Shown here one piece after another: positions 30,932 to 41,278 of a stretch of 64,000 nt of DNA (positions within the stretch are counted from its first letter, which is position 1; each line of letters begins with the position of its first letter). Source of the stretch: an uncultured bacterium (lineage in GTDB: Bacteria > Chloroflexota > UBA5177 > JANWHV01). The notes under the pieces were generated by a model. It worked only from the letters and a program-made list of their open reading frames with translations. It had not been told where the DNA came from and did no database searches. Both the position numbers and the translations under genes were made by a program. The stretch lies in NCBI GenBank assembly GCA_963827235.1, contig CAWHAE010000016.1, forward strand, positions 928,001 to 992,000, written 5' to 3'.

Positions 30932-31864
30932 TCATGCGGATGGGCCCTGGAAGTAGTGGCTTTGGTCGAGATCCTCGACGAGCCCGAGATGCGTCGGCTG
31001 CCACCCCATGAGCTCTCGGGTCAGGGCGCTCGAGGCCGGACTGTCGATCCCGAGGAAGGCTGCCAGGAACCCGAAGTGCTCGCCCGCGTCCTCGTGAGCG
31101 ATAGAGACCACCGGCACTCTCAGGTGGCGGCCGATTACCTCGGCGACGGCGCGGATCGGCACGCCCTCGTCCGCGACCGCGTGCAGTACCGTTCCTGCCG
31201 GGGCCGCCTCCACTGCCAGACGGAAAAGGCGCGCGGCATCGAGCACGTGCACGGCGGGCCAGCGGCTTGACCCGTCGCCGATGTAGCCGGAGACGCCCTT
31301 GCGTCGGGCGATGCCGACCAGGGTCGCCACGAAGCCATGGTCTCCGGCACCGTGTACCGTCGGGGGGAGGCGCATAACGGACGAGCGGACGCCGCGGGAC
31401 GCGAGGGCGAGCGTCACGTGCGCGGTGCCCAGCCGGGTCGCCGGACCGCCCAAGTTGACCATCGCCGGGTCGGGACTCTGTCCGTCCGCTTCGGTCGCTA
31501 CGCGTCCAGATGCTATCCCAAGCGTCCCCGAGGCGATCACGAACGGTCGATCGGAACCTGCGAGCGCCCCACCGAACGCCTCGACGGCGCGGCGATCCGC
31601 GTCGGCCGCGCCCTGGAAGTCTCCCGAGAAAGCGATGTCGTGCTTGAACGCCAGGTGGATAACGCCGTCCGACGCGACCGCTGCATCGTGCAGGCGGTCG
31701 AGATCGTCCAGCGTGCCGCGCTGGACCTCAGCCCCGGCGGCGACGAGGGCCTCGGCCGCCGCCTCCGAGCGGGCGAGACCGACCACCTGGTGGCCCGCGC
31801 CGATCAGCGCAGGCACGACGGCGGAGCCAATCCAGCCGGATGCGCCGGTCACAAAGACACGCAT
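30932..31864 (-). CDS. NAD-dependent epimerase/atypical SDR oxidoreductase
   Basis: MRVFVTGASGWIG, VIHLAF, RLPPTVHG, WPAVHVLDAA. Confidence 0.9.
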   Translation of the reverse strand: MRVFVTGASGWIGSAVVPALIGAGHQVVGLARSEAAAEALVAAGAEVQRGTLDDLDRLHDAAVASDGVIHLAFKHDIAFSGDFQGAADADRRAVEAFGGALAGSDRPFVIASGTLGIASGRVATEADGQSPDPAMVNLGGPATRLGTAHVTLALASRGVRSSVMRLPPTVHGAGDHGFVATLVGIARRKGVSGYIGDGSSRWPAVHVLDAARLFRLAVEAAPAGTVLHAVADEGVPIRAVAEVIGRHLRVPVVSIAHEDAGEHFGFLAAFLGIDSPASSALTRELMGWQPTHLGLVEDLDQSHYFQGPSA

Positions 31865-32028
31865 CTCAGTTTCCCTCCGTGACTATAAGGGCGGTGTTCG
31901 TGACACGCGGTCCGGCGCCGGCAGGGCCGCTGCTGAGCGAGGCGATCGGGCGCCGCACCCCGACCCGTCCTGCGGTGAGGGCGATGCCGGTGTGATAGAC
32001 TCGGGACATGACCGTGTTCCTTTCTCTC

Positions 32029-32085
32029 ATGATGTCAGCTACTGACATCATCACTGTACCACATGACGTCAGTCACTGCCATCAG
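32029..32085. promoter_or_regulatory. Two TetR operators
   Basis: Perfect ATGATGTCAG-CTA-CTGACATCAT 32029-32051 and degenerate ATGACGTCAG-TCA-CTGCCATCAG 32063-32085. Confidence 0.82.
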
Positions 32086-32102
32086 TTCGTGGGCATGACC
32101 AC

Positions 32103-32669
32103 ATGAGCCGCTGGGAGCCAGACGCGCGCGGCCGGCTGGAGCAGGCGTCCCTCGCCCTGTACGCCGAGCGCGGGTTCGAGAATACCACCGTTGCCGAAAT
32201 CGCCGCGCGCGCAGGATTGACGGAGCGGACGTTCTTCCGCCACTTCGCCGACAAGCGCGAGGTGCTGTTCTGGGGCGCGGGCGCCCTGCAGGAGCTGCTC
32301 GTGAGCACCGTGGCCGGCGCACCTGAATCCGCAGCGCCCATGAGCGCGGTTGCCGCGGCCCTGGAGGCCGCCGGCGCCATACTTCAAGAGCGCCGCGAAA
32401 TCGTCCGGCAGCGTCAGGCCATCATTGCTGCGAACGCAGAGCTGCAAGAGCGCGAGCTGATCAAGCTCGCGGCACTTGCCTCGGCGCTGGCCGGGGCGTT
32501 GCGCCGGCGCGGCGTCAGAGACCCAGCGGCGAGTCTGACTTCCGAGGCAGGGATCGCGGTCTTCAGAGTCGCGTTTGAACGCTGGATCGACGAGACCTGC
32601 CAGCAAGACTTGCCGCACATCGTCCGAGAGACGCTCGATGAGCTGAAAGCCGTGACCGCGGACGCATGA
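32103..32669 (+). CDS. TetR family regulator
   Basis: MSRWEPDARGRL...TTVAEIAARAGLTERTFFRHFADKREVLF. Confidence 0.92.
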   Translation: MSRWEPDARGRLEQASLALYAERGFENTTVAEIAARAGLTERTFFRHFADKREVLFWGAGALQELLVSTVAGAPESAAPMSAVAAALEAAGAILQERREIVRQRQAIIAANAELQERELIKLAALASALAGALRRRGVRDPAASLTSEAGIAVFRVAFERWIDETCQQDLPHIVRETLDELKAVTADA

Positions 32670-32976
32670 CCACCGGCCGCAGGTCGTGCCGGTTGGCGGT
32701 TCTCGGTTCAAGCCCTGAAGTAGCTCCCTTGCTCAAGGTCATCGAAGGGGGAGAGTTGCGCGGGAAACTGTCTCCGGTTGAGGTGGCATGCGCGGTTGCC
32801 TGGTACCATATCGAACACACGAAGACGCGGGCGGCGTGGGCGGGAAGCGCGGGCTTCGACGCCGTGAACTGCCGCAGGTCAGGGCGCGCGGATAACCTGA
32901 GGGCCGCAGCAGCGTGCGAGCAATGCGGTGGCAGCTCGCCAGCAGGCCTGTGCGCCCCACCGCCGGAGGAAAATCC

Positions 32977-33915
32977 ATGACGGTCGTCGACTGGCTGCTC
33001 GACGCGGACCCGTCGATCCGCTGGCAGGTGATGCGCGACCTGGCCGATGCGCCCGCGGACGAGGTCACGGCCGAGCGGTCAAGAATCGCCAAGGAGGGTG
33101 CGGGCGCGCAGCTGCTCGCCCTCCAGGCGGTCGACGGACGGTGGGGCGGCGCGGCGTGGAACCGCGGGTGGAACTCCACCATGCACGTCCTGTGGCTGCT
33201 GCGCCACCTGGGTCTCGATCCCGCGGGCCCGGAGGCACAGCGCGCGGTGGGCCTCGTCCGCGATCGCGTGACGTGGCAGGGTGGGGAGTGGGACGGCAAC
33301 CCCTTCTTCGCCGGCGAGGTGGAGCCCTGCATCAACGGGCAGGTGGCGACGGCCGGCGCGTATTTCGGCCAGGACGTACAGGGCATCATCGACCGCCTGC
33401 TCGGCGAGCAGCTGTCCGACCGCGGCTGGAACTGCGAGGCGTCGAACGGCTCGACACGGTCATCGTTCAACACCACGATCTGCGTGCTGGAGGCGATGCT
33501 CGAGCACGAACAGGCGGGCGGAGCGACCCCGGAGGTGATCCGGGCCCGTCTCCGCGGGCAGGAGTACCTCCTCGAGCGCCGCCTCTTCCACCGGCGGTCG
33601 ACCGGCGAGGTGATCGAGCGAGATCGCAAGGGCGACGCAGCATGGACCCGCTTCGCCTTTCCGACCTGGTGGCACTACGATGTGCTGCGAGGGCTCGAGT
33701 ACCTGCGCGGCGCCGGCGTCGCGCCCGACGAGCGGATGGGCGAGGCGATCGAGCTGGTCGCGTCGAAGCGTGACCGCCACGGGCGCTGGCCGCTCGAGAC
33801 CCGGTACCCCGGCGTGATGCCTGTCGTGATAGACGATGGCGAGGGCCGACCGAGCCGGTGGAACACCCTGCGCGCCCTGCGCGTGCTCCGCTGGTACGGG
33901 CTGGCTGATGCGTAG
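32977..33915 (+). CDS. Terpene-cyclase/prenyltransferase-like alpha-toroid protein, function unknown
   Basis: WLLDADPSIRWQ, QW-like motifs (Q..DGRW, QLSDRGWNCE), WWHYDVLRGL, PSRWNTLRA. Confidence 0.75.
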   Translation: MTVVDWLLDADPSIRWQVMRDLADAPADEVTAERSRIAKEGAGAQLLALQAVDGRWGGAAWNRGWNSTMHVLWLLRHLGLDPAGPEAQRAVGLVRDRVTWQGGEWDGNPFFAGEVEPCINGQVATAGAYFGQDVQGIIDRLLGEQLSDRGWNCEASNGSTRSSFNTTICVLEAMLEHEQAGGATPEVIRARLRGQEYLLERRLFHRRSTGEVIERDRKGDAAWTRFAFPTWWHYDVLRGLEYLRGAGVAPDERMGEAIELVASKRDRHGRWPLETRYPGVMPVVIDDGEGRPSRWNTLRALRVLRWYGLADA

Positions 33916-34108
33916 CAAGGCTCGACTCCGTGGCCCCGGGGGCCTCCGTCGCTTTGAGTGATCTGCCCAGCAGACAGAACACTCCGGCTTGGCGCTCACG
34001 GATGGCCGACGAGTGTCACGTGCGCGGCCCGCAAACTGGAGATTGCGGCGCGGGAGCCACACGAGTGTCTTGCCACGCATCGCCTCTCACGGTCGCCGGC
34101 GCCACAGT

Positions 34109-34810
34109 TCACTCAGGCGTCGGCGACCATGACGGTAGGGGAATGTTCTCCACTATGCCGCGGATTCGCATGAATGCTCGGCCGAACTGGTCATGGTAGG
34201 TCATGAGTTCAGCCGAGTTATCTCGCAGGTACTCCATCATCGCTACGTGGGACTGCAGCGGAGCTCCGGGATGTTGCGCGCGAGGGTCATGTTTCAACCC
34301 CGCGCCGGCCGAGTTCGACGCCTGTTTGTCTCGCGTCGCCGTCCACGCCAGTGCCAACACCTGCCTCGCCTCATCTTGCGATGGTCCTTGCATGAGAAAC
34401 GCAGGGCTGGTTGTGTGCTCACAGTCGGGTCCTACGTTGAACCAATCCGTGCGGAAATACCGTGTTGACACCGTTCCATCAGTCTCGAAGCACGGACAGT
34501 AGCTATAGACGTAGCAGCCTATGGCGGGACCTTTGCCGACATTGCGGACGTGCACGTCGTAACTGTTGGCGCTGAGCGAGATGAATTCTGCTTGTCCATG
34601 TTGGGCCGCGGTCATCTGCTGCCACTCCTGAGAGACTCGCCGCCTGAACGAGTCGTGCACGAAGTCGAGATAGGGACGTACACTGAGGGCGCGGTCGGCC
34701 TGCATCTCCCGCAAGGTGCGAAGGCTCAGGACAACGGCCACGGTAGCAACGACCGCCGCGGACACCGTGCCGATTGCCGTGGCGGCCGTCCAGAAGTCAG
34801 TCCATTGCAT
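34109..34810 (-). CDS. Hypothetical protein with N-terminal TM anchor
   Basis: WTAATAIGTV.. TM, RPYL, VRNVGKGPA, YHDQFG. Confidence 0.65.
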   Translation of the reverse strand: MQWTDFWTAATAIGTVSAAVVATVAVVLSLRTLREMQADRALSVRPYLDFVHDSFRRRVSQEWQQMTAAQHGQAEFISLSANSYDVHVRNVGKGPAIGCYVYSYCPCFETDGTVSTRYFRTDWFNVGPDCEHTTSPAFLMQGPSQDEARQVLALAWTATRDKQASNSAGAGLKHDPRAQHPGAPLQSHVAMMEYLRDNSAELMTYHDQFGRAFMRIRGIVENIPLPSWSPTPE

Positions 34811-34942
34811 GACGAGCATCAGCGACCATCCGATAAGCCTGTACTGCCAGACCTCTACCTCATGGGATGATCCCGCAATGCTCGACCGCAGCATTTCGTG
34901 CTTGCCGGGAGGAGAGGATCGTGATCAGGCCGTGTTTGACGA

Positions 34943-35815
34943 TTACCCCTTCACCGCGCCGGCGGTGAGGCCGGAGATCATGTAGCGCTGGATCAGGATG
35001 TAGAACACGACTGGCGGCAGTGAGAAGACCAATGCACCCGCGAGCAGCGTCTGGATTGGGGTACTGTACAGACCGATCAGCGTGGTGAGACCAACCGATC
35101 CGGGTAGCAGACCAGAATCGGTTGAAATGAGAGTCGAGGCAAACAGGAACTCGTTCCAGCTGAAGAAGAACGCGACCACGCACACAGCCACCAGGCCAGG
35201 CGTTGAGAGCGGCAGCATCACCCGCCAGAGCACGCCCATCTCGCCGCAGCCTTCCGTCAAGGCAGCCTCCATCACCTCACCGGGAACCGAGTCGAACACG
35301 TTTTTCAGGATCCAGACGCAGATCGGCAGGGCGAAGGCGGCCTGCACGAATGCCAGCGCCGGCAAGCTGTTGACCATGCCGAGATTCCGGTACAGCCTCA
35401 AGACCGGCACGATAATGATCGCACCGGGCATCATCTGGGTCAGCAGAATGAAAAAGCCGAAGGCTGGTTTCGCCTTCCACTTCAGCTTCGAGAGCGAGAA
35501 GGCGCCGAGCATACTCAGGCAGAGGCAAATGCCGGTGACCATCAGAGCCACCTGAGTGGAGTTCCACAACCACTGAGCCACCGGGTAGTCGGCGAAGATG
35601 TCGTGGAACGGCGTCAGGATGATGCCTCTGACGTACAGACTGGGCGAATAGACGAGTGAGTATTTGTATGGCTGTACGGCGCTCAGCACCATCCAGTACA
35701 TCGGGAAAACGATGATCGCGCAGACAATCACCAGAATCGCGACTTGTAGGATCTTGCCGACTTTGAAGCGCTGCAGCGGCCGAGCGGGCGCGAGGTGGCC
35801 TGGTTGGCGCGCCAT
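34943..35815 (-). CDS. Carbohydrate ABC permease (MalG-like)
   Basis: PGEVMEAALTEG EAA loop, SWNEFLFA, GLTAGAVKG. Confidence 0.93.
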   Translation of the reverse strand: MARQPGHLAPARPLQRFKVGKILQVAILVIVCAIIVFPMYWMVLSAVQPYKYSLVYSPSLYVRGIILTPFHDIFADYPVAQWLWNSTQVALMVTGICLCLSMLGAFSLSKLKWKAKPAFGFFILLTQMMPGAIIIVPVLRLYRNLGMVNSLPALAFVQAAFALPICVWILKNVFDSVPGEVMEAALTEGCGEMGVLWRVMLPLSTPGLVAVCVVAFFFSWNEFLFASTLISTDSGLLPGSVGLTTLIGLYSTPIQTLLAGALVFSLPPVVFYILIQRYMISGLTAGAVKG

Positions 35816-36756
35816 TACCGCTCCTCCGCCGCTCTGGCCTGGCGCTCCAGGAAAACAAACAGCAGGGCGGCCAGAATCGCCTGCACAAAGCCGGCTACGC
35901 CCACGGCGGCCGCATAAGAGTAGTCGAAGTACGCAAATGCCTCATTCCAAATCAGTATGGCCAGTGTTTGCGTAGCGAGTGCCGGCCCTCCGCCGGTCGT
36001 CTGCCAGATGAGCGTGTATTGTTGGTAGGAGAAGATGAAAGCCAAAAGCGCGAGTAGCATCAGGGTAGGCTTGATAGCGGGAAAAGTGACGTAGCGGAAG
36101 CGTGTCAACCCATTGGCGCCATCGACGATGGCCGCCTCATGCAACTCACGAGGCACACCCTGTAAGGCGGCCAGAATCACCAGCGAATAGAATGGGAATC
36201 CCTTCCACACGGAGATGAGCACAATGGTCGCCAGGGCGAGATGGGGATCGAGGGTCCAATTAGGACTGTTGTGAATCCATGGCAGCCAACGCGCCATCTC
36301 GCTGAGCACGCCGAAGAGCGGATTCATCATCCACAGGAAGATGATCGTGGTCGGAATATCGGGGAAGGCCCAGGGAGTGGTAAGCAGGGCGCGGAGGATG
36401 CTGCGGCCCCGAAAGGCTCGATTCATCAGGAGGGCCGTCCCCAGCGCGACCGAAAGCGCTACGACGATTACCGCCAGCGAGTATTCCAGCGTTATCCGCA
36501 CGGCCATCCAGAATGTATGGTCGGTGAGCATGCGGTGGTAGTTCGCAAAGCCTACCCAGGGTGCCGAACTCGATCCAAATTCAATATTGGTCAGGCTGTA
36601 CTTGACCCCGACCGCCATGGGATAAAGGATGAAGATGGCTTCGTAGATCAGGATTGGCAGGGCAAGGAGGTAGGGCAAACGCTTGCGATTCAGACGCGCC
36701 ATTGCGGACGCCCAACTCGAGGCGCCCCTGGATTGCGACCGGGGCTCAGACATCAT
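35815..36756 (-). CDS. Carbohydrate ABC permease (MalF-like)
   Basis: WVGFANY, ELHEAAIVDGAN, TGGGP. Confidence 0.93.
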   Translation of the reverse strand: MMSEPRSQSRGASSWASAMARLNRKRLPYLLALPILIYEAIFILYPMAVGVKYSLTNIEFGSSSAPWVGFANYHRMLTDHTFWMAVRITLEYSLAVIVVALSVALGTALLMNRAFRGRSILRALLTTPWAFPDIPTTIIFLWMMNPLFGVLSEMARWLPWIHNSPNWTLDPHLALATIVLISVWKGFPFYSLVILAALQGVPRELHEAAIVDGANGLTRFRYVTFPAIKPTLMLLALLAFIFSYQQYTLIWQTTGGGPALATQTLAILIWNEAFAYFDYSYAAAVGVAGFVQAILAALLFVFLERQARAAEER

Positions 36757-36950
36757 TGCCACGTATCCCCGCATAGACACTTGCAGGCACTAACAGCCAG
36801 GTGAATCATGGGCCGATCTGCCGCCTGCGCCTCGCCAGGTGCGCTCGACTGGAGCGGCAGTCATGGTGTGTTGTCGGCCGGCGCACGGTAGCAACCGGCA
36901 CTGTCCCTAAGAACCAACCGCCGACCGCCGACCGCGCCCAGGATGCCGGA

Positions 36951-36994
36951 GCGGTCGCCGGCCGGGCGGCAACAGCTGCCCGGCCGGTGACCGC
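36951..36994. terminator. Intercistronic stem-loop 3' of the binding-protein gene
   Basis: ~20-bp GC-rich imperfect stem around AACA. Confidence 0.55.
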
Positions 36995-37015
36995 CTGGGA
37001 TCGCGTCCGAGGGAC

Positions 37016-38371
37016 CTAGGACTTAAACCAGCGGCTGGAGGCATCCTCGATCTGCTGCTGCGCGTTGTCCATGGCCATCTTCACAGTCATGCTGCCGATC
37101 AGCGCCGACTGGAAGTTCTGCGTCACGATCTGGCCGAACTCCGAGTCGTGAGCGATGAAAGCTCCGTCCACGTCCGGGAACGGCACGTGCACGATGTCCT
37201 GGTAGCCCGTAGCCCAGGGCTGGTTGGCCAGCCACTGCTTGACACCGGGGACGTTGAGTATCTCCGGGTAGGCCGGTATCACATCCAGGCACAGCTCCAT
37301 CAACTTGGCGTTGTTCGCCGGTGCGTACATGAATTCGGCAAAGGCCACTGCGCCGTCCGTCTTCTTGGTGTCGGCCAGGATCGAGAGAGGGTGCAAGCGC
37401 GAGATCGATTTCCTGGTGGGCCAAGGAGGCGGCGCACTGCGCACATAGTTGTTGAAGTCGGAAGGCGTCATGACCGTCTTGAACTGGTTCACGGCTGCCG
37501 ACACGTTCAGCTCCTCGGCGATTACATTTCTGCCCCAGATGGGCAGCGCCTGGAGGCCGGTGACGTTTTGCAGCATGTAGTTCTTGTACTGGTCGGCCCA
37601 GACCTCGAGTGCGGCGACGATCTTGGGGCTGTTGACCAACGCCTTCTGGCCGACACCCCACACCGTGTCGTACATCAGGCAGTAATTCTGCAGCTGGAAC
37701 CACCAGTTGAAGAAGTCGGATGGCGCGTTTGGCTGCCAGATGCCGTACTGCGTGGGTTTGTGGGTCAACAGCGCGAGCTGATGATTCCAATCCGTGACAT
37801 TCGTGGCAAGCTTGGTGATGCCGGCCTTGTCGGTGAGCTTCTTGTTGTAGGTGATCGCGAACGGCACCTCGACGGTGCTGATGCCGTAGAGATGGCCGTT
37901 GAGGCGCAGGTAGTCGTGTGCCGGCGAAGGGTGAACGCCAAGCTTGGCGACGATGTCGTCGATCGGCCGAAGCACGCCGGCGTGTACCAGACGATAGGCG
38001 CCATCGGGGATCAGGGTGATGACGTCGGCGTTGAGGCCGCCGGACTGCAGCTGGACGAGCATCTGCTGGGTATAAGTGGCGCCGGGCCAGCCGGTCCACT
38101 TGATGACGTAGTCGCTTTGCGAGGCTTCGAAATCCTTGATCAGGGTGTTCCAGGCGGTGTTCCTACCGGGCTCGAACTGGAACCACGACATCAGGGTGAT
38201 AGTCTGCGGCGCGCGGGTCACGATAGCGGGGGCAGCCGCTTTAGCTGTGCTCACCTTGCCCAGCGTGGCAGCAGCGGCTAACCCAGCCGCACCGGCCGCG
38301 CCGGCTTTGAGCACATCCCGCCGCGAGATCTTGGAGGAACCGGCTTCGATACCTTTCGTCTCAGAGGCCAC
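37016..38371 (-). CDS. Tat-exported carbohydrate ABC substrate-binding protein
   Basis: SRRDVLK twin-arginine signal, ITYNKKL, family-1 SBP layout. Confidence 0.9.
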   Translation of the reverse strand: MASETKGIEAGSSKISRRDVLKAGAAGAAGLAAAATLGKVSTAKAAAPAIVTRAPQTITLMSWFQFEPGRNTAWNTLIKDFEASQSDYVIKWTGWPGATYTQQMLVQLQSGGLNADVITLIPDGAYRLVHAGVLRPIDDIVAKLGVHPSPAHDYLRLNGHLYGISTVEVPFAITYNKKLTDKAGITKLATNVTDWNHQLALLTHKPTQYGIWQPNAPSDFFNWWFQLQNYCLMYDTVWGVGQKALVNSPKIVAALEVWADQYKNYMLQNVTGLQALPIWGRNVIAEELNVSAAVNQFKTVMTPSDFNNYVRSAPPPWPTRKSISRLHPLSILADTKKTDGAVAFAEFMYAPANNAKLMELCLDVIPAYPEILNVPGVKQWLANQPWATGYQDIVHVPFPDVDGAFIAHDSEFGQIVTQNFQSALIGSMTVKMAMDNAQQQIEDASSRWFKS

Positions 38372-38537
38372 TAGCGTACTCCTTTGAACGAGGACCTGAA
38401 CGTCAATACCAGGGGCTCCGCCTCTACCGTCCTTCGCTGCCTGGGCGCACCACCTCCCATTGACGACTCCGCATGTTCTGGCCTGCTATTGGCCTATAGA
38501 GTGTATATACCAGGCTCTACGCTATTAGCTATTTCAT

Positions 38538-38605
38538 CTGTTGAAACAGCGAGTATATTGTTAACAGTAACTGTAGGCTGCTTGACCAAGAACTGTCAAC
38601 AGTTC
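38538..38605. promoter_or_regulatory. Palindromic TGT-NN-ACAG sites in the AT-rich divergent promoter
   Basis: CTGTTGAAACAG 38538-38549, TTGTTAACAG 38558-38567, GAACTGTCAACAGTTC 38590-38605. Confidence 0.6.
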
Positions 38606-38758
38606 GCCGGTCGTTTGCATCGAGCAGATTTCGACCACGCCGGCGCACAGACTGCGCCGGTGCGCGGTCGCCCGCCAACGCTTGTGCAGAGGAGTTCGCA
38701 GGATAGCCGCGCTACGCTTGACGTTCGGCGGAGACTGATCACCAGGGAAGATAGGCGC

Positions 38759-40000
38759 ATGAGGACTATGGCCATCGAATTCCATGGAGAGCTTTCTGAT
38801 ATCTACGCGGCCTACTGCGAAGGGCGACTGGACGATCCGTATCCCCTGTTTACGTGGTTGCTGGAAAGGCACCCTGTCCACTGGAGCGAGCCACTTGAGA
38901 GCTGGTTCGTGGTCAGGCACAGCGATGTGCTCACTGCCCTGCAGGACCCCAGGCTTTCATCGGACCGAGCTGACGTGAATATGCGGAAACTGCCTCCAGA
39001 TATGCAGGTGAGATTGCACGCACTTGGAGAGCACGTCTCCAACTGGCTCGGTTTCATGGATCCGCCGCGCCATACTGAGATTCGCCGCCTGCTGGCTCGA
39101 GTCTTCACGCCAAGATTGGCGCAGAGCCTCGAAGGCCGGGTGATGCTGCTCGCCGAGCAGCTGGCCGGCAAGCTGGCGACCCCTCGGTCCGACCTGGTGG
39201 CAGAGCTGGCACACCCTCTGCCATTGGCAGTGATTTGCGACATCCTGGGTATCCCTCTGCAGGATCGGGCCCTCTTCAGGCAAGCCGTGATCAACATCTC
39301 CGACTACGTGGCCGAGGCCGGTCCCAGCGCCGTGGTAGCCGCGGAGCGAGCGCACGCCGGTGTCATGGAACTGACTGCATACTTCACGGCGCTCGTTGAG
39401 CTGCGCAGGCGCGAGCCAGAGGACGACGTGGTGAGCAAGCTCGCGACCAGCATGCGCGATGCCGTTGGCATGACGCTCGACGAGATCCTTGGAATCTGCG
39501 TCTTCCTCTTCTCTGCCGGCCACGATACCACGACAAGTCTCATCAGCTCCTCGGCACTGCTGCTGCTCCAACATCCGGAAGCACTTGCTCGGCTGCGAGC
39601 CGATCCGACGCTCTTGCCGGCCGCGGTGGAGGAGTTTCTTCGTTTCGAAGCGCCGATTCCCCTGATTTCACGCGTGGCGCACGAGCCCATGGATCTTGGT
39701 GGACAACGGATTCAGGCCGACGATACGGTGGTACTGTGCGTGGCAGCAGCAAACCGGGATCCTGCCGTCTTCCCTGACCCTAACGAGTTGCGCATTGACC
39801 GGACGCCAAACAAGCAGCTTGCATTCGGCTGGGGCGCTCACTTCTGCCTTGGAGCGCCGCTCGCTCGCTTGGAGGCACGCTATGCCCTTACGGCTCTGCT
39901 CGACAGGCTTTCGGCCAGCCGTCTGGAGCATCCCGTTCCGTCCTGGCATAACCGTAACGGCCTTCGAGCGCTCCGTGATCTGTGGACGCTTTGTGCCTGA
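38759..40000 (+). CDS. Cytochrome P450
   Basis: DPPRHT, AGHDTT, EEFLR, FGWGAHFCLG. Confidence 0.95.
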   Translation: MRTMAIEFHGELSDIYAAYCEGRLDDPYPLFTWLLERHPVHWSEPLESWFVVRHSDVLTALQDPRLSSDRADVNMRKLPPDMQVRLHALGEHVSNWLGFMDPPRHTEIRRLLARVFTPRLAQSLEGRVMLLAEQLAGKLATPRSDLVAELAHPLPLAVICDILGIPLQDRALFRQAVINISDYVAEAGPSAVVAAERAHAGVMELTAYFTALVELRRREPEDDVVSKLATSMRDAVGMTLDEILGICVFLFSAGHDTTTSLISSSALLLLQHPEALARLRADPTLLPAAVEEFLRFEAPIPLISRVAHEPMDLGGQRIQADDTVVLCVAAANRDPAVFPDPNELRIDRTPNKQLAFGWGAHFCLGAPLARLEARYALTALLDRLSASRLEHPVPSWHNRNGLRALRDLWTLCA

Positions 40001-40120
40001 GACAGGTCTCTGAGTGCTAACGCTCCCGCGCGCTATGCTAAGCGAGAAGCCGGCATCTCAAGCTCTGAGGCTGGCGCCGGCGGCAGACGGCACGACGCCG
40101 AGAAGCGCGGACGGTGGTAG

Positions 40121-41275
40121 GTGAGTCACGAGACGTACGGGCATACACCCCTCGATGCGATGTTTGACCGGCGGGATGTCTACGATATCGGCTACAATTC
40201 GTCGACTGCAGCGAGAGAGCCTGTCCGGCTGGGCATTATCGGAGCCGGCGGTATAGCCCAGGCGAAGTATCTGCCGGCGATACAACGCCTGCGCACGCTC
40301 TGGGAGCCCGCGCGTGTTGAGGCAGTTACCACTCTTGACCCGCAACAGGGCCGCAAGTTGGCCGACCTCTACGGCTGCGTGTGGTACGACGACCACAGAC
40401 GTATGCTCGCTGAACAGCACCTTGACGGCGTTCTGGTTACCTCACCGGATGCCTTCCATCACGAGCATACGATGGCTGCGCTTGAATGCGGATCCCACGT
40501 CCTGGTGGAGAAGCCGTTTGCCGACTCACTGTCACACGCGGAGGAGATGTGTCGCGCCGCCGAAGACGCTCATCGTGTGCTGATGACCGTGGCGAACAAG
40601 CGCTTCTCCCCACCGTATCTTCGGGCGAAGCGACTACTGAGCGAGGCCGCGCAGCCTCCCGTGCTATTCCAGGGCAAATTCAATCTCGGTTACCGGTACG
40701 TGGCGCTGCTTGAAGGAGGCACCGTTCATCTGTTCGATATAGCCCGCTACCTGATGGGCGACGTGACGGAGGTTCATGCTCTTGGCGTCAATCGGTACGG
40801 GCAGGATCGTGGACGCTACCCGCTCGACAATGCTGCGATCACTCTTGCATTTGCATCAGGAGCTGTGGGTAGCATCATCACGAGCGGCTCCGCCCTGAGC
40901 CTGGCCCCATGGGAGCGCGTAGAGGTGTATGCCGACGGCATGTGGCTCGCCATCGAGGACCAGCACCGCCTGATTGTCTATTCCGGCGAGGAATCCGGCG
41001 GCCAGGAGTGGGCACCGACAATACCGAATACTCTGCTTTTCGACGAAGAGTTTGGCGGCTACCAAGGCCTTGTGCAGAACTTCATTCAAGCCATTCGCGG
41101 AATCGAACGACCGCTTTGTACAGGCTGGGACGGCTATCGCGCGCTTGAGCTCGTGATTGCCGTGCATCTGGCGATAGCCCGACATGCTACCCTGAGCCTA
41201 CCGCTGGACGTAGCAGAAGCGGACGCCGCGTATCACGCCTGGCTGTTCCCGGCCCTGACCGGATTGGGGGGATAG
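40121..41275 (+). CDS. Gfo/Idh/MocA oxidoreductase
   Basis: GIIGAGGIA, VEKP, H..D motif. Confidence 0.9.
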   Translation: MSHETYGHTPLDAMFDRRDVYDIGYNSSTAAREPVRLGIIGAGGIAQAKYLPAIQRLRTLWEPARVEAVTTLDPQQGRKLADLYGCVWYDDHRRMLAEQHLDGVLVTSPDAFHHEHTMAALECGSHVLVEKPFADSLSHAEEMCRAAEDAHRVLMTVANKRFSPPYLRAKRLLSEAAQPPVLFQGKFNLGYRYVALLEGGTVHLFDIARYLMGDVTEVHALGVNRYGQDRGRYPLDNAAITLAFASGAVGSIITSGSALSLAPWERVEVYADGMWLAIEDQHRLIVYSGEESGGQEWAPTIPNTLLFDEEFGGYQGLVQNFIQAIRGIERPLCTGWDGYRALELVIAVHLAIARHATLSLPLDVAEADAAYHAWLFPALTGLGG

Positions 41276-41278
41276 AAT

